In this document: positions 1 through 8,287 of the stretch, piece by piece | Layout of the letters: each line of letters begins with the position of its first letter | Numbering within the stretch: the stretch's first letter is position 1 | NCBI GenBank assembly: GCA_000237975.1 | Contig: CP003179.1 | Coordinates: 2,354,270-2,386,269, forward strand | Direction of reading: 5' to 3' | Length of the DNA: 32,000 nt | Source: Sulfobacillus acidophilus DSM 10332 | Lineage (GTDB): Bacteria; Bacillota; Sulfobacillia; Sulfobacillales; Sulfobacillaceae | Notes under the pieces: model-generated | The model's database searches: none | What the model saw: the letters and a program-made list of their open reading frames with translations, nothing else | What the model was told of the DNA's origin: nothing | Translations under genes and position numbers: made by a program

Positions 1-125
1 TAACTAAAGGTAATCGGCCAGGTATGTTCATCCGGCGTAATGCCATGAACCATCCCCAGCAGGAAGGCCGTCACCAACGCCGCTCCTAATGCCAATCCGG
101 CATGCGGGTCCCACAGGTTAATCAT
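1..125 (-). CDS. N-terminal fragment of an integral membrane protein that runs off the window edge; function not assignable
   Basis: ATG at 125 on the minus strand with GGAGGGG 5 nt upstream. The translation MINLWDPHAGLALGAALVTAFLLGMVHGITPDEHTWPITFS is a hydrophobic helix followed by an HGxxPDEH motif. The motif is reminiscent of metal-transporter families but was not confidently identified. Confidence 0.6.
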   Translation of the reverse strand, partial: MINLWDPHAGLALGAALVTAFLLGMVHGITPDEHTWPITFS

Positions 126-163
126 TTTGGCCCCTCCATTCGTGCAACTTTCTTGCATAAGCA

Positions 164-192
164 ATAATATGTCTCATGGGAGTTGTTGTCAA
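164..192 (-). promoter_or_regulatory. sigma-A type promoter for the gene starting at 125
   Basis: The minus strand reads TTGACA (192..187), a 17-nt spacer, then TATTAT (169..164). This sits about 40 nt upstream of the ATG at 125. Confidence 0.6.
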
Positions 193-334
193 GAGGATGG
201 TTCCAACGGAAAAATTCCCAATGGTAGCTGTCCCCTGAGTAGGTTACAATACGGGGTGATGGTCAGCTGAGGAGGAATGACCGCTGAATACGCCATCGCC
301 GCGAGCGAAGCGCCCGAAACCGCGCAGCATTGGG

Positions 335-1864
335 TTGTCCGCCTCGCTCATTTTCATTGTGACCTTAATTAGCCGCCTTAGTGGATTTTTCCGCGAAGTG
401 GTGATGGCTGATTTCTTTGGCACCAGCACCGCCACCGATGCCTGGTTAATGGCATCGGCATTACCTAATTTACTCTTCAGCACCATTAACGGCGCCATTA
501 CAGTAACGGTGGTGCCTTTAATGACGCAAGCCGATGCGGAATATTCGCCCCGGTCGGTCGCGCGCTTTTTGAATGAAGTGTTTACCGCGCTCTTTCTCAT
601 TTCGGCCGGCCTCATCGCATTAGGCGAGGTGTTTGCGCCGCTCATTATGCACCTGATGGCGCCCGGCTTTCACGGCGGCGAACTGCGGCTCACGATTGAC
701 ATGACCCGCATTATGATTCCCACCATCTTTTTCTGGGGGATCGCGGGCTTGGTGGTCGGCATTTTGCAAGAGCGGGAAGAATATGTCACCCCGGCCATCT
801 CCCCCATGATGGTGAACATTGTCCGCATCCTGACCATCGTCATTTTAGGGCACTTTTGGGGCATTCGCGGTGTCGCGGCCGGGTTTACCCTCGCGGTCAT
901 CTCGCAGCTTTTGGTCACGGTTCCATCCCTTCATAAAATGGGGATTCACTTGCACTTTCGTTGGCATTTCAGCCATCCCTTGTTGAAAAAGATGATCAAT
1001 ATGGCGGGCCCGTTCTTTCTGACCAGTTCCGTCGGCAGCGTCGGCGTTATTGTCGACCGTATTCTCGCCTCCAGTTTAGTGGCCGGTAGCATTGCCGCCT
1101 TAAACTACTCCTATGTCCTGGTGCAAATGCCGATTGGGTTGGTCATCTCGTCCTTATCGACCCCGATTTATACGCGTCTCGCACAACATCACAGCCATCG
1201 GGAGGACGATACCTTTCGGCAATTGGCGATGCGCGGGTTTCGTCTGGTCCTCCTGATCATCGTCCCGATGACGATCTGGTATATCGCGTTGCGGATTCCC
1301 TTGTTGCAACTCTTATACCAGCGCGGCGCCTTTAATGCGCGCTCGACCGCGCTCACGTCCGGAACGCTTTTGTACTTCGCCCTCGGATTACCCGGCTTTA
1401 GCTTGTCGTTTTATTTACAGCGCCTATTTTTTGCCACGCAAGACACCAAGTCGCCTTCCCGTTTTTCCATCGCGACCATTCTCATTAATATCATCGGCGA
1501 CATTATTCTGGTGCATTTCATGAAAGCCGACGGTCTGGCGCTAGCCACGTCCTTCGCCACCTGGGTGAACGCCGCTCTCCTGACCTGGAAAGCGCTGCAA
1601 CCGCGATATAACCAGAACCTGCAATTCCGCCGGACACTGACCGCCTTAGGTTTAGCCGGCGGGCTCATGCTGGTCACGACCTTGGGGGTCAGCCATCTCC
1701 TCCACTTGAATCATCTGCACTCCTTCATTGGCTTGATAGCCGGTCTGGCCAGCACCGTGATTCTCTCTGGCCTGGTGTTCATCGGCGTTTTGACATGGCT
1801 TCGCTTCCCCGACCTGCGGGAAATGGAACAAAAACTGGTACGGCGGTTATTGGCCGCCCATTAA
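335..1864 (+). CDS. murJ: lipid II flippase MurJ/MviN
   Basis: 509-aa polytopic protein with an N-terminus typical of MurJ (IVTLISRLSGFFREVVMADFFGTS..DAW). Many TM helices run throughout. The TTG start at 335 has no obvious SD, so the start is uncertain. Confidence 0.85.
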   Translation: MSASLIFIVTLISRLSGFFREVVMADFFGTSTATDAWLMASALPNLLFSTINGAITVTVVPLMTQADAEYSPRSVARFLNEVFTALFLISAGLIALGEVFAPLIMHLMAPGFHGGELRLTIDMTRIMIPTIFFWGIAGLVVGILQEREEYVTPAISPMMVNIVRILTIVILGHFWGIRGVAAGFTLAVISQLLVTVPSLHKMGIHLHFRWHFSHPLLKKMINMAGPFFLTSSVGSVGVIVDRILASSLVAGSIAALNYSYVLVQMPIGLVISSLSTPIYTRLAQHHSHREDDTFRQLAMRGFRLVLLIIVPMTIWYIALRIPLLQLLYQRGAFNARSTALTSGTLLYFALGLPGFSLSFYLQRLFFATQDTKSPSRFSIATILINIIGDIILVHFMKADGLALATSFATWVNAALLTWKALQPRYNQNLQFRRTLTALGLAGGLMLVTTLGVSHLLHLNHLHSFIGLIAGLASTVILSGLVFIGVLTWLRFPDLREMEQKLVRRLLAAH

Positions 1865-1917
1865 TAAGGTGCGATCCGGGCCAAACTGCCATATGGTACC
1901 ATTATGGCGAGGAGGCG

Positions 1918-3378
1918 ATGAACATGGAGCTTTTAAAGCGGGTTACTCATCCGCTAGTGGTGGTCACGAATCGCGAACCGTACATTGACGAGCGCACGCG
2001 TTCCGGCATTCGCACCATCCAAAAAGCCGGTGGCGTGGTCTCTGCCTTGGATCCGTTGCTTCAGTCGCTCGGGGGCGACTGGGTGGCGTGGGGAAGTGGC
2101 ACGGCCGACCGCGATACCGCCCCCAAGGGCACTCGCCTCGTCCCTCCCAAGTCCCCGCGGTACCGTCTCCATCGCGTATTTTTAAGCCCCGAAGAAATTC
2201 AGGGCTATTATACCCATTATGCCAATCAAGGCCTTTGGCCCTTAAGCCATTTATTAATCGAACGCGCGCAATTTTCCCGTGATGCCTGGCCCATCTATCG
2301 GAGCGTGAACCAAAAATTCGCCCGCCGGGTGGCCCAGCAAAGTCCGCCGCAGGCATGGGTTTTTTCCCATGACTATCAATTGGCCCTCCTTCCCCAGGAA
2401 CTGAAAAAACTCCGACCGGATATCGCCATCGCCCATTTCTGGCATATTCCCTGGCCAACCTTTCCGGTGTTTCGATTGTGTCCCCAATATCAAGAAATCG
2501 TCCGCGGGCTTTTGGGTGCCGACATTTTAGGCTTTCAGACGCCCGACGATGTGGACAATTTTTTAACCGCCGTCGAGCGGACGGTAAAGTCCGCCTTGGT
2601 CGACCGGGACGGCGGGGATATTTTTTGGCAAGGACGAACCGTTCGTGTGCGAGCCATTCCCATATCGGTCGATGTAGAGGCGATTGAAGCGCTGGTCGAA
2701 TCCCCCCGGATAGCCCGCTGGGCAAGGGGCATTCGCCGTCGTCTGAAGGCAAGCCACCGATATCTTGGCGTCTCGGTCGATCGGGCTGACTACACGAAAG
2801 GCATCTTGCCCCGCCTGGCCGCCATTGACGCCTTCTTTGACCGGTATCCCGAACACCGCGGCCAAGTCGTCTTTTTACAAGTGGTGGTTCCCACCCGCTC
2901 CGAGGTGGAGGCCTACCGGAAACTCTTCCGTGAAGTCGAACAAGAGACGCTTCGGATTAATCATCGCTACGCCTATGGGGATTGGAAGCCGGTGATTACG
3001 GTCCGCCGGGCGGTCGACCGCGCCCGCTTGATGGGCATTTTCCGGGCAGCCGATTTCGCCTTGGTGAGTTCCCTCTTTGATGGGATGAATCTGGTGGCGA
3101 AAGAATTTGTGTCGGCACAAGTCGACGGGCGGGGCGTGTTGTTGCTCAGCGAAACCGCGGGGGCCGCGGTGGAACTGCAAGAAGCGCTCCACGTGAGCCC
3201 CCTCGACCCCGAAGGATTGGCCGCCACCCTCCATCAAGCGCTCACCATGCCGGTTAGCGATCGCGAGGCCCGGATGCGGCGCATGCGTCAGCAAGTCCAT
3301 GAACACACGATTTATGACTGGATGGCCCAGATATTCGAATTATTGCAAGAGGTTTCCGAAACGTATGCCCGATCCTAA
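1918..3378 (+). CDS. otsA: alpha,alpha-trehalose-phosphate synthase (GT20, OtsA)
   Basis: GT20 hallmarks are present: YANQGLWPLSH, HDYQLALLP, FWHIPWP, and DGMNLVAKEF near the C-terminus. I place the start at ATG 1918 (MNMELL), preceded by GAGGAGG. The track ORF extends upstream to 1795 and overlaps the murJ end. Confidence 0.85.
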   Translation: MNMELLKRVTHPLVVVTNREPYIDERTRSGIRTIQKAGGVVSALDPLLQSLGGDWVAWGSGTADRDTAPKGTRLVPPKSPRYRLHRVFLSPEEIQGYYTHYANQGLWPLSHLLIERAQFSRDAWPIYRSVNQKFARRVAQQSPPQAWVFSHDYQLALLPQELKKLRPDIAIAHFWHIPWPTFPVFRLCPQYQEIVRGLLGADILGFQTPDDVDNFLTAVERTVKSALVDRDGGDIFWQGRTVRVRAIPISVDVEAIEALVESPRIARWARGIRRRLKASHRYLGVSVDRADYTKGILPRLAAIDAFFDRYPEHRGQVVFLQVVVPTRSEVEAYRKLFREVEQETLRINHRYAYGDWKPVITVRRAVDRARLMGIFRAADFALVSSLFDGMNLVAKEFVSAQVDGRGVLLLSETAGAAVELQEALHVSPLDPEGLAATLHQALTMPVSDREARMRRMRQQVHEHTIYDWMAQIFELLQEVSETYARS

Positions 3379-4141
3379 TCGCCTGTCGTTATCCCGCTTG
3401 ATTCAGGCTTGGACGCATGCGCCGGGCGCCTGGTTTTTTGATCTGGACGGCACCCTCATCGACATAGCGGACCACCCCGATGCGGTGCGGGTGCCGAAGC
3501 GCCTGCTCACGGTCTTGACCCGGTTGGCGGCCGTCGGTCATCCCCGGTTAGCGGTGGTCAGCGGACGCGCGTTGGACAACCTCGGCCGATTGGCGGATTG
3601 GCCGCCGGCATTGGCCTTGGTCGGCAACCACGGAGGCGAGTATGCGGTCGACGGCCGCCGTTGGCGGGAGACGCTGCCTCCGGTCGCCGAACAGGCGATG
3701 AACCGCTGGCGGCAGGCCCTCACGGAGAGTATCCGGCGGATGCCCGGCGTTTTTCTGGAAGACAAGGGGCTGTCGTTAACCGTCCACGTCCGTCAGGCGC
3801 ATCCGTCGGATCTTCCCCGCCTCGCCCGCCTCTTGCAAGAACTCGAAGCCGACTCTGCGGCGCTGGCGGTCCGAAAGGCGCGGGCGGCCTGGGAAATTCG
3901 GCCACGCGAGGGCCCCACCAAAGCCCAGGCCATCCACACGCTTTTAACCCTCTGGAACCAAGCCGAACCCGGCGCCATTTTCGGGGACGATTGGACGGAT
4001 GAGGACGGGTTTCGCGCCTTTCCGCACGCCCTGACCGTCATCGTCGGTCCCCGACGCCCCACCGAAGCCCGCTACCGGCTCGCGTCCCCCCGGGTGTTAC
4101 GTGCCATGCTGGAGGCGCTCCTCACCTATGGGTACCGATAG
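3365..4141 (+). CDS. otsB: trehalose-6-phosphate phosphatase (HAD superfamily, OtsB)
   Basis: HAD motif I is present as FFDLDGTLIDI, and the position immediately after otsA fits. ATG 3365 (MPDPNRL) overlaps the otsA stop by 14 nt. The track ORF starts at 3299. Confidence 0.8.
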   Translation: MPDPNRLSLSRLIQAWTHAPGAWFFDLDGTLIDIADHPDAVRVPKRLLTVLTRLAAVGHPRLAVVSGRALDNLGRLADWPPALALVGNHGGEYAVDGRRWRETLPPVAEQAMNRWRQALTESIRRMPGVFLEDKGLSLTVHVRQAHPSDLPRLARLLQELEADSAALAVRKARAAWEIRPREGPTKAQAIHTLLTLWNQAEPGAIFGDDWTDEDGFRAFPHALTVIVGPRRPTEARYRLASPRVLRAMLEALLTYGYR

Positions 4142-4305
4142 ACGCACGGGAGGCCTAATGCCTGCCCTCCCCCGTCCGCCGGGCTTGACACCTCTCGGTA
4201 ACCTTTTGACGCCGAACGGCGATTAGAATTCCGGACAGGCAACCGTTCCATGGTAGAGTAAGAACGATATGACGGTAAATGATAACTGCTCCGAGGAGGC
4301 TTTTC

Positions 4306-5367
4306 ATGAAGATTCCGAAACGTGCCTTGTCTTTGACCTTGACCGCGCTCACGGCCACTCTATTGTCCGCCTGTGGTTCACATCCGGCGACGCCCCCCAC
4401 CGCGTCCGCCCCTCCGAGCCCCCAAGTCCAGGATCGCCCGGTCGATCCCTTAACCGGCCTTCCTTCGCCGGTTCACGGCCCGTTAATCGGGGTGATGGTG
4501 GAAAACTCGGAGTACGGACGGCCCCAATACGGATTGTCCTCGGCCGACGTCGTTTACGAGGCCTATACCGAATTCTTTTATTACTCCCGTTATCTCTTAC
4601 TGTTTTGGGGTCATGCGCCGGCCATGGTGGGTCCCGATCGATCCGCCCGACCCTATTTCGTCAGCCTTATCCATGAATGGCCGGCGGCCTATGTCCATGC
4701 CGGTGCCTCCAATCCCGGATATCAAAGTATCCAACAAGACGGCATTCATAATCTCGATTTAGATGCCAATGCCTTTAACTTAGGTTTTCGGGTCGCCAGC
4801 CGACCGGCACCCCATAATTTGTTTACCAATATTCAAACCGATATGAAAGAGGCGCGACGTCTCTGGGGAAACCCGACGGTCGCCCCGCATTGGCCGTTCG
4901 TGAGCCAGGTAAGCTCGGGCACCCCACCCTACCAAACCGTCACGCTGGTTTGGAATCCCAACAACACGATTGAACAATGGCGCTGGGACGGCGCGGCCCA
5001 AGGCTGGACCCGGTGGGTGCGATGCCCCAATTGTCCCGATAGCCAATGGACCCAAGTCATGGGCATGAATAGCGGGAAGCCGGTCATCGCATCAAACGTC
5101 GTCATCGAATACACCAACGAAAGCTATTTGCCCGATCCCGCCGGCACCGGCTGGATTCAAATCGCCACCCACGGTCAAGGACCGGCCTTGCTCTTTTTAG
5201 GCCACCGGTTTTATCGGGGGACTTGGGAAAACGCCGGATCCGGTCAACCCACCCGATTTTATTTGCCCGATGGACAGCCGGCACGCTTTAATCCGGGCCA
5301 AACGTGGATTGAAATCGTGCCCAACCGTCAAGCCCCGACCCAAAACTTTCAGTTGACCCTCAATTAG
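4306..5367 (+). CDS. DUF3048 (YerB-like) lipoprotein
   Basis: ATG 4306 lies 6 nt after GAGGAGG. The signal peptide carries a lipobox (LLSAC). The core VMVENSEYGRPQYGLSSADVVYE resembles the DUF3048 family signature. Confidence 0.75.
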   Translation: MKIPKRALSLTLTALTATLLSACGSHPATPPTASAPPSPQVQDRPVDPLTGLPSPVHGPLIGVMVENSEYGRPQYGLSSADVVYEAYTEFFYYSRYLLLFWGHAPAMVGPDRSARPYFVSLIHEWPAAYVHAGASNPGYQSIQQDGIHNLDLDANAFNLGFRVASRPAPHNLFTNIQTDMKEARRLWGNPTVAPHWPFVSQVSSGTPPYQTVTLVWNPNNTIEQWRWDGAAQGWTRWVRCPNCPDSQWTQVMGMNSGKPVIASNVVIEYTNESYLPDPAGTGWIQIATHGQGPALLFLGHRFYRGTWENAGSGQPTRFYLPDGQPARFNPGQTWIEIVPNRQAPTQNFQLTLN

Positions 5368-5484
5368 CGCGGGTCTTCGGGAGGAGCGTCTTTTGGCGTC
5401 GAACGTTTCGGCCCGTGCTCGACGCGTTCCGCATACCATTTTTTTCCACGTTTTGTATAATCCCTCTGCAAAGGGGGATTTTTC

Positions 5485-5760
5485 GTGTCCACAAAAAATC
5501 GTTTCCGTGACGACAGTCACGGCACTCTGCATAAGGCGACGGGCAATACGCGACGACCACATCCGTTTCGCGTGGTCCTCTGGGTGTCGCTGCTCGTCGC
5601 CGCCCTCGTCTTATGGCAATTGCCGGCGGTAACTCAAGGGCTATCGGGGGCTTCCCATGCCTTACAACACGCCGAGGGATTTCGCCATTATGTGGCCGGG
5701 CTCTTATCGATCGGCTATCATCGCGTGTTGTTGTGGGTTCATCGGACACCGACCCCATAA
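5485..5760 (+). CDS. small hypothetical single-pass membrane protein
   Basis: GTG start 6 nt after AAGGGGGA, with a perfect TATAAT at 5456..5461 upstream. There is one hydrophobic helix (FRVVLWVSLLVAALVLWQL). No family was recognised. Confidence 0.4.
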   Translation: MSTKNRFRDDSHGTLHKATGNTRRPHPFRVVLWVSLLVAALVLWQLPAVTQGLSGASHALQHAEGFRHYVAGLLSIGYHRVLLWVHRTPTP

Positions 5761-5787
5761 AAAACCGGCTCTCGGCACCATGGCCGG
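5759..5787 (-). terminator. possible intrinsic terminator after the BI-1/YccA-like gene
   Basis: The minus strand reads CCGGC-13 nt-GCCGG followed by TTTTTT, about 30 nt after the stop at 5817. The stem is short, so support is weak. Confidence 0.35.
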
Positions 5788-5816
5788 GGGCCGGGGCAGG
5801 GGAGTCGGCGTCACCC

Positions 5817-6482
5817 TTAACGACGTCCCAAGCGCAACAAGAAGAGAAACAAATTGACGATATCCACCAGGATAGACACCGCCAAGACGACCGGGGCGCC
5901 TTCCAACGGGATCACCCGGCCCCGAAAGCGCATAATCGAAAAGTCCACAATCAAATAGCCGATAAAAATCAGCACGCCAATCAGGTTATACGCCCGCGAC
6001 ATCACCACGCCGGTCATTCCCGGAATGATCCAAGACAGAAGGCTGGTGACCAGGAGCATGATCAACCCTAAAAAGAGGAGCGGCATAAGACGGGTAAAGT
6101 CCCAGGGAATCCAGGAGACCAACAAAGCCGAGAAGAGGACGGCAATCACCAGGGTGCCTAGCGTCGACCAGAGTAACGTCGGCTGCGTCACCGCCACCGT
6201 CCATACCACCGGTCCGATTAAAAGGCCCATGCCAATCGCGACGATGGTCCCCCAGGTTAATGCCCGACCGGCCGATGCAATATTGCGCGACACCATGATG
6301 GTGCCCAAAAAAGCCCCAATGATGCCGAGCCATAGGCTCCAACCGCCAAAAACCGGAGAAATGCCCGCCGCGACCGCTAAAATGGCCAACAGCAGAGCCA
6401 AATAACCCAGCGTGCGGCCCATCAGCGCCCCATCGACACCCTCGGCGATTTGGTACGCGCCATACGGAGAACGGTTAAACAT
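5817..6482 (-). CDS. BAX inhibitor-1/YccA family membrane protein
   Basis: Seven-TM-like hydrophobic profile with the family-typical C-terminus (SILVDIVNLFLFLLRLGRR). ATG 6482 is preferred because GGGAGGTG lies 6 nt upstream. The track start GTG 6491 lies inside that SD. Confidence 0.75.
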   Translation of the reverse strand: MFNRSPYGAYQIAEGVDGALMGRTLGYLALLLAILAVAAGISPVFGGWSLWLGIIGAFLGTIMVSRNIASAGRALTWGTIVAIGMGLLIGPVVWTVAVTQPTLLWSTLGTLVIAVLFSALLVSWIPWDFTRLMPLLFLGLIMLLVTSLLSWIIPGMTGVVMSRAYNLIGVLIFIGYLIVDFSIMRFRGRVIPLEGAPVVLAVSILVDIVNLFLFLLRLGRR

Positions 6483-6675
6483 TTGTCTCACCTCCCTACG
6501 CTTTCACAACCACAATTTAGCATAAAAGTCAGGAAAGGTCAAATGTCTTTTCGGCCTCCGTATAGCTTATCCCCGCCGACCAAGACTTATGTCAAGCCCC
6601 TTTCAGGTGGTTGCAGGCGCTCTCGATTTGCCGGAAAATAAGGCAGGAACAATACGTCGGCAAAGGAGGCGGAGG

Positions 6676-7065
6676 GTGGCTAAAGACGACCTGTCGTTCG
6701 AACTGTTGGCCGCCGGCTTGCGTCGGGACTCCCAAGATCTCGGCCGGTTTGCCGAAGTGCTGGCGACGAAACTGGAGGCGGCCTTGCCCGGCCAGGTCAC
6801 CGTGACCCGGCAAGGCGGACTCTTTCAAAAAGTCAAGCCGGTCAAAACGGTCACCGTGCAACTGGATCCCTGGCACTATGAGCTCTCCGTAGACCAAGGA
6901 CGCCCGACCACCCGCCGGGTCAAACGGGTGCGCGGGGTCGCCATAAAAACGGAACCGCTTTCTTTGGCCGCGTGGATTGAAGAGCTGGCCAAATCATTGT
7001 ACGAGGCCGCCCAAAATGAAGAAGCGGCCCGCCTGGCCTTAGAACGCTTTCTCATTCAACCCTGA
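6676..7065 (+). CDS. hypothetical protein (about 129 aa), no recognised family
   Basis: GTG 6676 follows AGGAGGCGGAGG. Coding-like codon usage. It ends 47 nt before the first PLP-enzyme gene. The track ORF begins at 6589. Confidence 0.5.
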   Translation: MAKDDLSFELLAAGLRRDSQDLGRFAEVLATKLEAALPGQVTVTRQGGLFQKVKPVKTVTVQLDPWHYELSVDQGRPTTRRVKRVRGVAIKTEPLSLAAWIEELAKSLYEAAQNEEAARLALERFLIQP

Positions 7066-7112
7066 AACCGATTGTTGCCCGACCACTTTACAATCCAAAG
7101 CGAGGGAACGTT

Positions 7113-8270
7113 GTGAAGCCCAAGACGCTACACCCCAACAGCCAGGTGGTTCATGTCGGGGTAGGACAAGATCCCGCCTATGGGTCGGTCAGTACCCCCA
7201 TCTATCAAACCGTGACCTACCAACATCCGGGCGATCATTTGGGGCCATTCGACTACACCCGGACGGACAACCCCACCCGTAAAAGTTTAGCTGAAGGCCT
7301 GGCCGCAATTGAAGGAGGGGCGGGCGCCACCTTGTTTTCGTCCGGGATGGCCGCCATCACCGCGCTCTTTCACCTGTTGCACAGTCAGGACCACGTGATC
7401 CTGACCGATGACCTCTATGGGGGAACCTACCGCGTGCTGGTGGACGTCTTTGATCATTTTGGACTGACCTATACGTTTGTCGACACCCGCAATCTCGAAG
7501 CGGTCCAACAGGCATTCACGCCTCGGACGCGATTGGTCTTCATCGAGTCGCCCTCGAATCCCTTATTAAAAATAACTGACCTGAGTGCAATGGCTCGACT
7601 CGCCCACGCGCATGGCGCCTGGCTCGCGGTGGATAATACGTTTATGACCGCATTACGGCAAAAACCGTTGAATTTGGGTGCCGATTTTGTCGTCTATAGC
7701 GCTACCAAATATCTGGCCGGTCACAATGATGTGCTGGCCGGGGCGATTGTGGCCAAAACGCCCGATCTCGCCGACGCATTGAACGCTCTCGCAAACACCA
7801 CCGGCGGGGTGCTGGCCCCGTTTGACGCTTGGCTCACCCTGCGAGGGCTAAAAACCTTAGCCGTCCGGTTGGATCGGGCCGAGGCCAATGCGGAGGCCAT
7901 TGCGTCGTTTTTAAACGAGCACCCGTTAGTGGAAGCGGTATTTTATCCCGGCCTGGCCAACCATCCCGGCCGCGCCCTTCATCAACGGCAAGCCAACGGT
8001 GCCGGGGCGATGATCGCGTTTCAACTGCCGGACACATCCCGTGTCGCCGAATTTTTGGATGCCTTGCAGCTGATTTTGCCGGCGGTCTCGCTAGGTGGCA
8101 CCGAATCCCTTATGACCCACCCTTTTTCCGAAACGCACCGGGAATTTCCCGAACCGCGACGCCTTAGCCTCGGCATCCGCCCAGGCCTTATGCGGCTGTC
8201 GGTGGGTTTGGAGTATGTCGATGACCTATTGGCCGATTTAGATCAGGCTTTGTCCCGCATCCAACATTGA
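7113..8270 (+). CDS. Cys/Met-metabolism PLP enzyme (cystathionine beta-lyase/gamma-synthase family)
   Basis: Family motifs are DNPTR, SSGMAA, DDLYGGTYRV, NPLLKITDL and the PLP lysine in YSATKYLAGHNDVLAG. By eye it looks closest to Bacillus MetC-type sequences. Confidence 0.85.
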   Translation: MKPKTLHPNSQVVHVGVGQDPAYGSVSTPIYQTVTYQHPGDHLGPFDYTRTDNPTRKSLAEGLAAIEGGAGATLFSSGMAAITALFHLLHSQDHVILTDDLYGGTYRVLVDVFDHFGLTYTFVDTRNLEAVQQAFTPRTRLVFIESPSNPLLKITDLSAMARLAHAHGAWLAVDNTFMTALRQKPLNLGADFVVYSATKYLAGHNDVLAGAIVAKTPDLADALNALANTTGGVLAPFDAWLTLRGLKTLAVRLDRAEANAEAIASFLNEHPLVEAVFYPGLANHPGRALHQRQANGAGAMIAFQLPDTSRVAEFLDALQLILPAVSLGGTESLMTHPFSETHREFPEPRRLSLGIRPGLMRLSVGLEYVDDLLADLDQALSRIQH

Positions 8271-8287
8271 CGACGAAGGAGAACGGT

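Noticed and set aside
277-369. 30-aa ORF directly after GGAGGA upstream of murJ
   Set aside because: The SD-like sequence abuts the ATG with about 1 nt of spacing. The ORF overlaps the murJ start in another frame and is probably not translated.
1964-2752. 262-aa antisense ORF inside otsA, and similar antisense or alternate-frame ORFs within murJ, otsB, the MFS gene, hslU and topA
   Set aside because: They overlap confidently identified genes, have Arg/Pro/Gly-rich composition, and lack an SD or any domain. They are GC-content artefacts.
4150-4175. GGGAGG-N12-CCTCCC hairpin after otsB as a terminator
   Set aside because: The stem is only 6 bp with a large loop and no following T-tract. The evidence is insufficient.
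6604-6620. CAGGTGGTTGCAGGCGC, faintly resembling a T-box (GGTGGTACCGCG) upstream of the Cys/Met PLP genes
   Set aside because: The match is only partial. No specifier hairpin or terminator/antiterminator pair was seen. No S-box blocks were seen either.
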